A DNA stretch of 64,000 nucleotides from Candidatus Thermosaccharophagus gerlachensis (GTDB taxonomy: Bacteria; Armatimonadota; Fervidibacteria; Fervidibacterales; Thermosaccharophagaceae): the NCBI GenBank assembly GCA_041538025.1, contig JBGOEV010000005.1, forward strand, positions 12,123-76,122. Direction: 5' to 3'. Positions 33,110 to 41,739 of the stretch are shown one piece after another. Position 1 is the first letter of the stretch. Every line of letters starts with the position of its first letter. The notes under the pieces are model-generated. The model was not told the origin of the DNA. It ran no database searches and saw only the letters and a list, made by a program, of their open reading frames with translations. The position numbers and the translations under genes were made by a program.

Positions 33110-33613
33110 ATGTTGGTGGAATTGTTGCGCATTGAATCGGCTAAGACCAAAAAAGTAATAGCAGCGTGCGTGAGTATAGTTGTGATAGGGTGGCTAATGA
33201 GTATAGGTCTACGTTCGCAAAGCAAAATAGCAGTTAAGGAGCAGAAGCCAGAGGATGTTGTTTTGGCTATGTTCAACGCAATGGAGCGCGGTGATGTAAG
33301 GACTTATTTGTCCCTCCTTGACGGCAAGGCAAAAGAGAGAGTGATGCTCTTTCTCCGTGAGGTTGGGTGGAAGGAGTTTGGGAGGCAGCTCAGAAAGATG
33401 CACGAGGGGATAAAGGGCATCGCAGTTTTACCAGATGAGCCACTTTCCGAGGATGAAGTGAAGCTTAAAGTTGAGCTCGTTTTTGAAGGCAAGAATGAAA
33501 CGCAATTTGTTCGCCTCAAGAGGTATGGGAGAGGGTGGAAGGTTATAGAGTTTACTCAGCCTGAGCACCAACCTCAGTTAATACCTTACGGGACACCAGT
33601 GAAAGAGCTTTAG
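33110..33613 (+). CDS. Hypothetical N-terminally anchored protein
   Basis: Has one TM (VIAACVSIVVIGWLMSIGL) followed by a soluble domain of about 120 aa (AMFNAMERGDVRTYLSLLDG... RYGRGWKVIEF). No family recognised. Confidence 0.5.
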   Translation: MLVELLRIESAKTKKVIAACVSIVVIGWLMSIGLRSQSKIAVKEQKPEDVVLAMFNAMERGDVRTYLSLLDGKAKERVMLFLREVGWKEFGRQLRKMHEGIKGIAVLPDEPLSEDEVKLKVELVFEGKNETQFVRLKRYGRGWKVIEFTQPEHQPQLIPYGTPVKEL

Positions 33614-33640
33614 CCTCTACCTTTGAGGGGGTGTATTGGG

Positions 33641-34441
33641 ATGAGTGTTGAGATAGGCGTTTTTGGTGGTTCTGGGTTCTACGAACTCGGTGAGGCTGTA
33701 GAGACATTGCGTATGAACACGCCATATGGTGCGCCAAGTGATTCCATTACGATAGTTGAGATAGCAGGCAAGAAAGTAGCGTTCTTGCCGAGGCACGGAA
33801 GAAACCATCAGTATCCACCTCACAAGATCCCATATAAGGCGAACTTGTGGGCTATGAAGGAATTAGGCGTTAAACGCATAATTGCACCGTGTGCTGTGGG
33901 TAGTTTGCAAAAGCACATTAAGCCGGGAGACATCGTTATTTGCGACCAATTCGTTGACCGCACAAGGCATCGTGATGACACATTTTACAACGGACCAATA
34001 ACGACACACATTTCAACTGCTGACCCATATTGCCCACAGCTGAGGGAGCTCGCTATAGCTTGTGGGCGTGAGTTGGGCTTGCCGTTACATGAGCGAGGCA
34101 CAGTCGTCGTAATAGAAGGTCCAAGGTTCTCAACAAAAGCCGAGAGCAAATGGTTTACAAGCCTTGGTTGGGAAGTCATCAACATGACACAATATCCAGA
34201 ATGTGTGCTTGCAAGGGAGCTTGAAATATGCTATGTGAACATATCCCTTGTGACTGATTACGATACAGGGCTTGTAGTTGAGGGTGAAGTTGAACCAGTA
34301 AGTGCGGAGGAAGTTATGCGCGTCTTTTCGGAGAACATAGACAAAGCGCGTTCGCTCATCAGGTTGATGATTGAGCGGATGCCGAAGGAGCGCACATGCA
34401 AATGTGGTGAAGCGATTAAAGGAGCACAAGTCATCGTCTAA
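33641..34441 (+). CDS. mtnP: S-methyl-5'-thioadenosine phosphorylase
   Basis: Contains IGVFGGSGFYEL, NTPYGAPSD, FLPRHGRNHQYPPHKIPYKANLWAMKELGV, VVIEGPRFSTKAES and INMT. ATG 33641 follows GAGGGGGTG. Confidence 0.92.
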   Translation: MSVEIGVFGGSGFYELGEAVETLRMNTPYGAPSDSITIVEIAGKKVAFLPRHGRNHQYPPHKIPYKANLWAMKELGVKRIIAPCAVGSLQKHIKPGDIVICDQFVDRTRHRDDTFYNGPITTHISTADPYCPQLRELAIACGRELGLPLHERGTVVVIEGPRFSTKAESKWFTSLGWEVINMTQYPECVLARELEICYVNISLVTDYDTGLVVEGEVEPVSAEEVMRVFSENIDKARSLIRLMIERMPKERTCKCGEAIKGAQVIV

Positions 34442-34468
34442 CAAGTGGCAAATAAGGGGGTTAGCTTT

Positions 34469-34993
34469 ATGGAGTATGTTGAAGGACTGAAAGAGGCGAT
34501 AAGGACTATCCCCGATTTCCCGAAGCCCGGTGTCCTTTTCCGTGACATAACGCCTATATTGCAGAAGCCAGATCTTTTCCGCAGGGTTATAAAGGCGTTT
34601 GCAGACCGTTACAAGGATGCTTCAATTGATGTTGTAGCAGCAGTTGAGGCACGAGGCTTTATATTTGGTGCCCCACTCGCACTTGAGTTAAATGCGAGTT
34701 TCGTGCCCATGCGTAAAAAGGGAAAGCTACCTTACAAGACAATCTCAATCACTTACGAGCTTGAGTATGGTGAGGATTCAATTGAGATGCATGTTGATGC
34801 AGTGAGGGAAGGTCAGAGGGTGCTTGTCTTTGATGATGTGCTTGCAACTGGTGGGACTGCCCTTGCGATGGTCAAGCTTGTTGAGCAAGCTGGTGGCAAT
34901 GTTGTTGAAGTTGCATTTGTTATAGAGCTTGTGGATTTGAAAGGACGAGAGAAGTTGGCGGGCTACAATGTGTTTTCGTTAGTGAAGCTTTAA
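34469..34993 (+). CDS. apt: Adenine phosphoribosyltransferase
   Basis: Contains IRTIPDFPKPGVLFRDITPIL, EARGFIFG, and VLVFDDVLATGGTA (PRPP motif). ATG 34469 follows AAGGGGG, giving about 174 aa. Confidence 0.93.
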   Translation: MEYVEGLKEAIRTIPDFPKPGVLFRDITPILQKPDLFRRVIKAFADRYKDASIDVVAAVEARGFIFGAPLALELNASFVPMRKKGKLPYKTISITYELEYGEDSIEMHVDAVREGQRVLVFDDVLATGGTALAMVKLVEQAGGNVVEVAFVIELVDLKGREKLAGYNVFSLVKL

Positions 34994-35013
34994 GATGCAT
35001 GGGGGTGTGAAAA

Positions 35014-35490
35014 GTGACTTTGTTTAGTGCAAGCGATATCTTGGACATGGCGATCGAGATGGAAAGGATTGGGTATAGGTTCTACGATGCTTTATCAAAA
35101 CACGCTTCAGATGATGAAGCCTCGGCTATGTTTCGCTGGCTCGCAAACGAAGAGCTAAACCACGAAAAGGACTTCACCAAGTTGCGCGATAAAGTAACTT
35201 CACAAACTCTACCAGAGAGCTACCCAGGAGAGTGGCAAGCGTATGTTCAAGCGCTTATTGAATCTCGCACCATCCTCGGGGACGAGGATATAAAACGTTT
35301 AGCTGCGAGCGCGAACTTCGTTGAGGCACTTAAAGTGGGAATCGCACTTGAAAAGGACAGCATCCTTTTCTACGAAGCACTTAAAGCGTATGTTCCTGAG
35401 GTTGAGCGTAAGACGGTTGAAACGATAATTACGCAGGAACAAACCCATCTGAAAAGGCTCTCCGATATCCTCAAAGAGTTCACACGCTGA
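35014..35490 (+). CDS. Rubrerythrin/ferritin-like di-iron four-helix-bundle protein
   Basis: Two E...ExxH half-sites are present: AIEMERIG...NEELNHEKDF and ALEKDSILFYE...TQEQTHLKRL. GTG 35014 follows GGGGGTG. Confidence 0.7.
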   Translation: MTLFSASDILDMAIEMERIGYRFYDALSKHASDDEASAMFRWLANEELNHEKDFTKLRDKVTSQTLPESYPGEWQAYVQALIESRTILGDEDIKRLAASANFVEALKVGIALEKDSILFYEALKAYVPEVERKTVETIITQEQTHLKRLSDILKEFTR

Positions 35491-35536
35491 GGTTAGTCAT
35501 TGAACGGTAACCGATAACCATGTTAAATGGGTAGCG

Positions 35537-37075
35537 TCATTTTTCAACCGCTATTTGTTCAGCTTCATCCTCTTCCTCAGCCCATGCCCAATACCAACCA
35601 TTTCTTGCCCAATCGTATTCCTCAGACTCCCACGCTTTATCGGCAAGCTTTGCATACTCTGATGACCATTGACGAAGCTTGTGTGAGTGGCAAGTTATGA
35701 TTGCTTCTGCGCCATCGTGAGTCGGACTGGCATTCGTCTTTCGTATCACTTCTTCAAGCAGTTCATTGTGGTCAATGATTATGCAAGGGCGTAGGCGGTT
35801 TTTACATAGCCTTTGCACTCGCCTGTATTCACGGAAGAAGGGCGATTGAAGGGCTTCAATCAATGTGCAGTTGTTAATATTGTGTGTGGCGAAGTGAGCA
35901 AAGACACATGGTTCAATGTCACCGCGATAGTTGATATGCAGGTAGAGTCTGCCTGCTGCAAGGCATCCATCGGTTAATGGTGCATCGCTCCAAAAGTCAA
36001 ACCAAGCAAGCGGTCGTGTTTTTCTCACCTCAAGCTCAACCCTGCGTAGCTTGTCTCGTTGCTCTGGTGTAACCATCATTTCGGGGTCGTCGTCCTTCCC
36101 AACAGGCACATAAAGGAATGTCCAACCGAACATGCATCCCTTCTCTATGAGAAAGTCGTAGAACGATATGTCAGATACAACATCAGCGTTGTAGCGTGTA
36201 ACAGTTATTGAGAAGCCGAATATAACCCCTTCACTTTTGAGCATATCCATTGCTTCCATCACTTTCTTGAAGACGCCTTTACCACGCCTTTCATCCGTCT
36301 CCTTCTCATAACCTTCAATGCTTATCGCTGGGTAGACATTGCCCAACTCTGCAAGTTTTTTGACGAGCTCCGGTGTGAAAAGCGTCCCATTGGTGTAAAC
36401 CTGAAAGACGCAATCATTATGCAACTCGTAGAGGTCAAGCAAGTCTTTCCTTATGAACGGCTCGCCACCAGTGATAGTGTAGAAGTAGATCGCCATCTCT
36501 TTGCCTTCTCTTATGATTCTGTCAAGCGTTTCAAAGCTCAATGGGTCTTTCGTCCTCGGATACAGCCCAGCATAACAGCCGATGCAATTCAAGTTGCATC
36601 GCATTGTTGGGCTTATGAGGATAAGGAAGGGTGGAATGAAGCCATGTCTCTTAACGAACTCTCGCCTCTTAAGGTGCCCAAGCCAAACTGCGTTCACTCC
36701 AAGCCCCTCAAACAAATGTTGAAGGCAGTTTACATTCGCTTCCTTAAACAGCCTCCAAAGTAGTCCGACGGCTGGGTGATCTTGCTCAACGAGCCTTTGC
36801 AGTTGACGCAGTTGGTCTTTGTGCAATTTCCGCCTCGCAATCATTTCAAGTAGTTTGAGGAACCGAATCATGTCTTGTTTTGTAGCATTCTTAAGCAATG
36901 GTATTGCTTCTCGTATCAGTGCTCTTGCAAGCTCCATCTGAGCCTCAACTGGTGCTCCACATAAGAAGAATTTCAAAGCCTTAGTTGTTGAGCCTAAGAA
37001 GGAAAGTGCTGCTCTTACGAGGGCTATTGAGCGAGGCATGTGCGCTACCATTCTCCTTGCCTTCATCGTTACCAC
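35537..37075 (-). CDS. Radical SAM enzyme with N-terminal helical extension and Cys-containing C-terminal auxiliary region (function unknown)
   Basis: The CX3CX2C motif is MRCNLNCIGCYAG. The GGEP SAM-binding motif is ITGGEPFIRKD. C-terminal cysteines occur at DGCLAAG, EPCVF, NNCT and RPCII. An N-terminal helical domain of about 140 aa precedes the core. The tail is acidic and Trp-rich: WARNGWYWAWAEEEDEAEQ. Confidence 0.8.
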   Translation of the reverse strand: MVTMKARRMVAHMPRSIALVRAALSFLGSTTKALKFFLCGAPVEAQMELARALIREAIPLLKNATKQDMIRFLKLLEMIARRKLHKDQLRQLQRLVEQDHPAVGLLWRLFKEANVNCLQHLFEGLGVNAVWLGHLKRREFVKRHGFIPPFLILISPTMRCNLNCIGCYAGLYPRTKDPLSFETLDRIIREGKEMAIYFYTITGGEPFIRKDLLDLYELHNDCVFQVYTNGTLFTPELVKKLAELGNVYPAISIEGYEKETDERRGKGVFKKVMEAMDMLKSEGVIFGFSITVTRYNADVVSDISFYDFLIEKGCMFGWTFLYVPVGKDDDPEMMVTPEQRDKLRRVELEVRKTRPLAWFDFWSDAPLTDGCLAAGRLYLHINYRGDIEPCVFAHFATHNINNCTLIEALQSPFFREYRRVQRLCKNRLRPCIIIDHNELLEEVIRKTNASPTHDGAEAIITCHSHKLRQWSSEYAKLADKAWESEEYDWARNGWYWAWAEEEDEAEQIAVEK

Positions 37076-37209
37076 CTCCGAGGGGCACTCCAGTGCAGAA
37101 AGTTTATATGTGAACTTCTATAACCGATTATAGCACATCTGGAGGCAACCCGAAGCTTCGAGCTGAAAGCGATGTCACGGTGTGTAGCATAATCCATAGT
37201 GTGGGGTTG

Positions 37210-37461
37210 ATGCAAATGAGCGAACTCGGGCAATTAGCGAAGGCTCTTATGATCTTCGGTGCGTTAATGATTGGCATCGGCTTTGGCATGTGGCTTTTGA
37301 GCAAGGTCGGCATATCACTGCGTCCATTGCCCGGAGATATCATCTACCGCAAAGAGGGCTTTACATTTTACTTCCCGTTAACGACATGCATACTTGTGAG
37401 CATTGCACTCAGCTTGGCTTTGAGTTTGCTGTTTTGGTTGCTTAACCTGATGCGCCGTTGA
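37210..37461 (+). CDS. DUF2905-family small membrane protein
   Basis: Contains LPGDIIYRKEGFTFYFPLTTCILVSIALSLALSLLFWLL, the characteristic DUF2905 core, plus an N-terminal TM. The start may be ATG 37210 or 37216. Confidence 0.7.
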   Translation: MQMSELGQLAKALMIFGALMIGIGFGMWLLSKVGISLRPLPGDIIYRKEGFTFYFPLTTCILVSIALSLALSLLFWLLNLMRR

Positions 37462-37590
37462 AACCACAAAAAGCAGTGTGGAGTTCGGTGCTAAATAGTA
37501 TGCTGTAGCGTAAGCGCTGTGGAGATGCTATAGTTGTGTGTAGCTAAGCGGAGGCTGTAAGGTGCTCACAAAAATGGGAGGTGAGTGAAA

Positions 37591-38289
37591 ATGCGCAAAG
37601 GGAGGACGTGGGCGGTAGCAAGCTTGTGCATGATGGTGCTGTTAGCTTCTCCTCTACTTGCGCAGGAGAAGGCTGGTAAGGGGAAGGTCAAAGCGGAGAA
37701 GGTTTCCCTCGTTGAAGGGCGTGAGGGAACTATAGCAGAGTTGAATGTGGAGAAGAAGAGCTTGGTGATCAGCGTAGAAACGGGTAAAGCAACAGTGAAT
37801 GTTACTCCGGAGACGAAGTTAATGAAAGGGGGAGAAAGTGTTTCTCTTGATAAGTTCAAAGTTGGCGATGCTGTTGTTTTTGGTTTCAAGCCACGCTCAA
37901 GGACGGAGTTAAGCTTCCTTGCAGACAAACTTAGCTACATAGCTTTCATTCGCCGCAAGGTTGTTGAAGGTGAGGTTGTCTCATTCGACAGGGAGAAGGG
38001 CGAATTGAAGTTGAAATCTGACGGGCAGGAATTGACGATAGGTTTAACTAAGGTGACGCGCTACTTCCTCGGTGGGGAGCAACTTAAGGCAGCGCAAGTG
38101 GAGCTGAAGCCGGGAAGCAAAGTTTATGTCGGTTATAGCACAACTGGGATGGCTTACGCAGTGTTTGATAAGGCAAGTTGGGAGGCATATGCTAAATACG
38201 AAATGCAGATGATTGAAGCTAAGAAAAAGCGTGTCAAGCCGAAGGAAGACGCAAAGCCAAAGCAGGAAACAAAGCCAGAAGGCAAGTGA
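37591..38289 (+). CDS. Hypothetical secreted protein with Lys-rich C-terminus
   Basis: ATG 37591 follows GGGAGGTGAG. The signal peptide is MRKGRTWAVASLCMMVLLASPLLAQE. The body is repetitive and beta-rich. The tail is KKKRVKPKEDAKPKQETKPEGK. Confidence 0.55.
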   Translation: MRKGRTWAVASLCMMVLLASPLLAQEKAGKGKVKAEKVSLVEGREGTIAELNVEKKSLVISVETGKATVNVTPETKLMKGGESVSLDKFKVGDAVVFGFKPRSRTELSFLADKLSYIAFIRRKVVEGEVVSFDREKGELKLKSDGQELTIGLTKVTRYFLGGEQLKAAQVELKPGSKVYVGYSTTGMAYAVFDKASWEAYAKYEMQMIEAKKKRVKPKEDAKPKQETKPEGK

Positions 38290-38338
38290 TGCGCACTTCG
38301 TGATTGACCTCAACTCTTATGTAGGTGGTGGTTGGGAG

Positions 38339-39568
38339 TTACTGATGTAGGACAGCGAAGTTGAGTATTGTGCGTATGAGCAATTCAGCACACATATGCA
38401 TTTTGTGCATATCAACGAATTCGTTTCGAGTGTGGATGTTTGATGCTCCAGTTGGTAGGACGATACACTCAATTTTGTGTTCAGAAAAGACGTTGGCATC
38501 TGAACCAGCTTCAATACCCTTGAGCTGAGGTTGCAAACCCATCTCGGTAAGCGCTTTGACAGCAGCAAGGACGATAGGTGAATTGTGTGGTGTCGTAAAA
38601 CCTCTGTAGAGCCGCTCAAATGTAACCTTCGCAGAGGCTCCTACTGCTTTTGCTTCATCATCAAACGTTTTGGCGATAAGCTCTTTCATTGTCTCAAGCT
38701 TCTTTACGTCATGGCTTCTTATTTCGCCTTTCACGGTGCAAGTATCAGCAACTACATTTATAGCTTTCCCACCGTTTATCGTGCCTACGTTACAAGTTGT
38801 CTCCTCGTCAATCCTTCCCCAATTCAACTTTGCTATTGCCCTTGAAGCCACCACGATGGCGTTTATGCCTTTCTCTGGCTCCAAGCTGGCGTGTGCTGCC
38901 TTCCCTTTGATGATGACCTCAAAAGTTTCGTGAGATGGCATGCGTGTAATTATGACTGATGGATCATCCATGCCATCAACAACGAGACCATACTTTGCCT
39001 TTAACTTCTTCATGTCAAGTGCTTTTGCTCCAAGCAATCCCTTTTCCTCTCGCACCGTGAAAACAACTTCAATAGGTGGGTGTTTTAAGTTTCGTTCACG
39101 CAATGTCTTCAGGACTTCAATAATGATCGCTACACCTGCTTTATCATCAGCGCCAAGTATTGTCCTACCATCCGTGCGTATAATCTCGCCATCTTCAACG
39201 ATTTTGATACCCACCGTTGGCATAACGGTATCAAGATGAGCATTTAAAAGGAGTGGTTGCGATTGAATATTGCCGGGCACCCTCGCAATGACATTGCCAG
39301 CTTTCCCACCAATTTTTCGCCATGCATCATCAATGGTGACATCCTCGGTGAGCGATTTCATCTCCCTTGCTACAAATTCACCGATCATTTCTTCATTCTC
39401 AGAACCAGAGTCAATTTGAACGAGCGAAATGAATGTTTCTCTCAGCCTGTTTTTGTTGGTCATCAACTGTGGCTGTGCATTCAATCCCCCGAACCAAAGG
39501 CAGAAAACGCACGCACACACAACAAGTAGGGCGGATATGTAAAGCGCATTTCGCTTTTTTAAGCGCAT
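38339..39568 (-). CDS. M20-family metallopeptidase (peptidase T / tripeptidase-like), N-terminally anchored
   Basis: Contains LLLNAHLDTV, GADDKAGVAIIIE, TVREEKGLLGA and SDANVF. An N-terminal TM/signal (ALYISALLVVCACVFCLWFGG) is present. Confidence 0.8.
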   Translation of the reverse strand: MRLKKRNALYISALLVVCACVFCLWFGGLNAQPQLMTNKNRLRETFISLVQIDSGSENEEMIGEFVAREMKSLTEDVTIDDAWRKIGGKAGNVIARVPGNIQSQPLLLNAHLDTVMPTVGIKIVEDGEIIRTDGRTILGADDKAGVAIIIEVLKTLRERNLKHPPIEVVFTVREEKGLLGAKALDMKKLKAKYGLVVDGMDDPSVIITRMPSHETFEVIIKGKAAHASLEPEKGINAIVVASRAIAKLNWGRIDEETTCNVGTINGGKAINVVADTCTVKGEIRSHDVKKLETMKELIAKTFDDEAKAVGASAKVTFERLYRGFTTPHNSPIVLAAVKALTEMGLQPQLKGIEAGSDANVFSEHKIECIVLPTGASNIHTRNEFVDMHKMHMCAELLIRTILNFAVLHQ

Positions 39569-39574
39569 AAGCCA

Positions 39575-41671
39575 TCACCTTCCCAGCGAGAATGGCAAAA
39601 TCCACTTGACTATGAAAGCCTTACGGAGCTTTGATGCCCCCGGGTCTCCGAGGATGAGGTATAACTCTTCACCGTTCTCGCGCTTTATGCGAAACAAGAT
39701 TGCAAAATTGTTCACCGAATAATCACCACCCCTGTGGAAGTAGCGCAAGCTAAGCCACTTATCACGGCTAAGTATGCGGGTCAAGCCAAGCTCTATTGAG
39801 CTAACCGTCAACTTCGTTCCTCCCACAGGTTCATGCCTTCGTTGTGACCATTCGCAGAAGGCATTCCAACTGCCATCTGGTTTTGTCCAACCCAGTGTGA
39901 GCGAGTGCATCCGATAATGGCTATCAAATGCCTTTCCAAGCGCGTAACTTACTTCTAATCGTAGTGGTCTATTGCCTCCAAACGAAAGCCAGCAGTTGAG
40001 CGAATGGTCATCAAAAGGTTGCTCCCGTATGTGGTATTCGGCATGTCTGCTCCTGTTGTAACTAATGCTAACCCCTGTTTGGTCTTTGAGGGTGATGCGC
40101 AATCCCATAGCGTAAGAGCGGTTAAAAAAGGAACCAGAGAATGTCTCACCGAAGCTATAGCGAGCCCATAAACTACCACCACGGTAGAAACTGCTTTGCT
40201 TTGGGATGAAGTTTCTACTCACATGGAATGACCATCGCTTGAAATCCTTTCTTGGCACATACCCTAATGGAGGACTAAAGTGCGGTGAGGCGAAGGAATA
40301 TTCGCACGATGCTGACCAGAACCTGTCATAATAGTGAAGCCTGAACTCGCCTGCGTTTCCATCACCCAAATTGTTTCCTGAGGAATGGCTTGCGTAGCTA
40401 CATGAGAATGAGAACCGTCCATCATTACCAAATCGGATTCTGCCACCAACTCCAATGCTATGGCTGTGATTGCCCTTCCTGAGCGCGCCGACATAGCCAA
40501 ACGAAAGCCTTGTCATAGGATTTGGGGTGCTTCTGATGTTCAAGGCAATGTTGTGCTCGTTTTCTTTCAAGCCGTGCGTAGTGAGTAAGCCAATTGAAGT
40601 TCCCTTTAAAACGCTTGTTAGTTTAATCCCCATGTCAAACCTCTTTATGCGCCTTGAGTAAAAAAGCTCTGGAGATACCTCATCAAAGAACTCACTCGCC
40701 TGAACGAAGAACTCCCTTTTGTCTGGCAGGAGTTGTTCTACGTAGGAAACATCAATGCTCTCAAACGCTTCTTCAGCTTCGCTGAAGTCGGGCTTGAGAA
40801 CAAACCTTAGCGATGTGTTCGTGTGCATCATCCATTCGCCGTTCAAGCCATACATGCTCGTCGTGCTGCCCTCCTCATGATCATACTTTGTGGTGGCGAA
40901 GAACTTGGTTTGCAGTTGGAGATCGTTTGAGGTGCTTTTGCCAGTTGGTGGAATGGGCATGCCAACGAGGTGAGGCATGTAGCGTTCATCAAACGGTCTA
41001 TCTGGATGGAAAGCCCATGCACAAAGCTCTTGTGTTTCGCTTATGTAGCGCCAGAAGTTTATGCCCCACGAACTAACTTTTGGGTCGTGGGTGAGCGTTG
41101 AGAGTGGTATCAGTATTTCAGCAACCCATTCGTTGTCCGAGACTGTTACAGCTGCTTCCCATTGCCCATCCCATCGCTTGTTACCAAACCTGCTATCTGC
41201 CTTAGCCCCACGTGCGTTTACAGTGAAGTCAAATGTGCGTTCATGGGTGTGCATCGTATCCAAAGAGACGGTGACTCGTTCGTCACGCTCCATATTAGCG
41301 TCATATCTTGTCTCGTAGGCATGCAATTTAGCTCTGCTCCCAATAGCACATATGAAAGCAAAGCAAAGTGCGTCTTTTGTTGCGAGGGCGAGAGTCTTTG
41401 TCTCCTTTGAAGCTGGCTCACCACGGTATGGGAAGACTTGTCTGTAGTTACTTGCGCAAGCTGCTATTGCCCAAACTGCTTCATCAATTCTCCCATCAAT
41501 CTTTGGTGCTTCATCCACGATGTGGATGACAAATTCGTATCGTTCGTTTGTGCCGTCAACAGTAAATGGTGGGCGTTCATGTGCCCTGCACGAAAACAAA
41601 TGCAGAAAGAGAAACAAGAAGCAGAGGATCAAGGCTTTTACCCTTACAGCACAATCATCATCCTCTGCCAT
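39575..41671 (-). CDS. CBM9-like + DUF5916 domain protein (predicted outer-membrane/secreted)
   Basis: Has a signal sequence, then DEAPKIDGRIDEAVW (CBM9/DOMON-like onset), then a long region of alternating aromatic and Gly/Ser beta-strands ending ..WILPFSLGR. Confidence 0.6.
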   Translation of the reverse strand: MAEDDDCAVRVKALILCFLFLFLHLFSCRAHERPPFTVDGTNERYEFVIHIVDEAPKIDGRIDEAVWAIAACASNYRQVFPYRGEPASKETKTLALATKDALCFAFICAIGSRAKLHAYETRYDANMERDERVTVSLDTMHTHERTFDFTVNARGAKADSRFGNKRWDGQWEAAVTVSDNEWVAEILIPLSTLTHDPKVSSWGINFWRYISETQELCAWAFHPDRPFDERYMPHLVGMPIPPTGKSTSNDLQLQTKFFATTKYDHEEGSTTSMYGLNGEWMMHTNTSLRFVLKPDFSEAEEAFESIDVSYVEQLLPDKREFFVQASEFFDEVSPELFYSRRIKRFDMGIKLTSVLKGTSIGLLTTHGLKENEHNIALNIRSTPNPMTRLSFGYVGALRKGNHSHSIGVGGRIRFGNDGRFSFSCSYASHSSGNNLGDGNAGEFRLHYYDRFWSASCEYSFASPHFSPPLGYVPRKDFKRWSFHVSRNFIPKQSSFYRGGSLWARYSFGETFSGSFFNRSYAMGLRITLKDQTGVSISYNRSRHAEYHIREQPFDDHSLNCWLSFGGNRPLRLEVSYALGKAFDSHYRMHSLTLGWTKPDGSWNAFCEWSQRRHEPVGGTKLTVSSIELGLTRILSRDKWLSLRYFHRGGDYSVNNFAILFRIKRENGEELYLILGDPGASKLRKAFIVKWILPFSLGR

Positions 41672-41739
41672 GAAACATCATCTCCGATGGCGTGGTAGAG
41701 TTAGCGATGGCTTTCAATGTGATTGGACGAGTTCACTTG

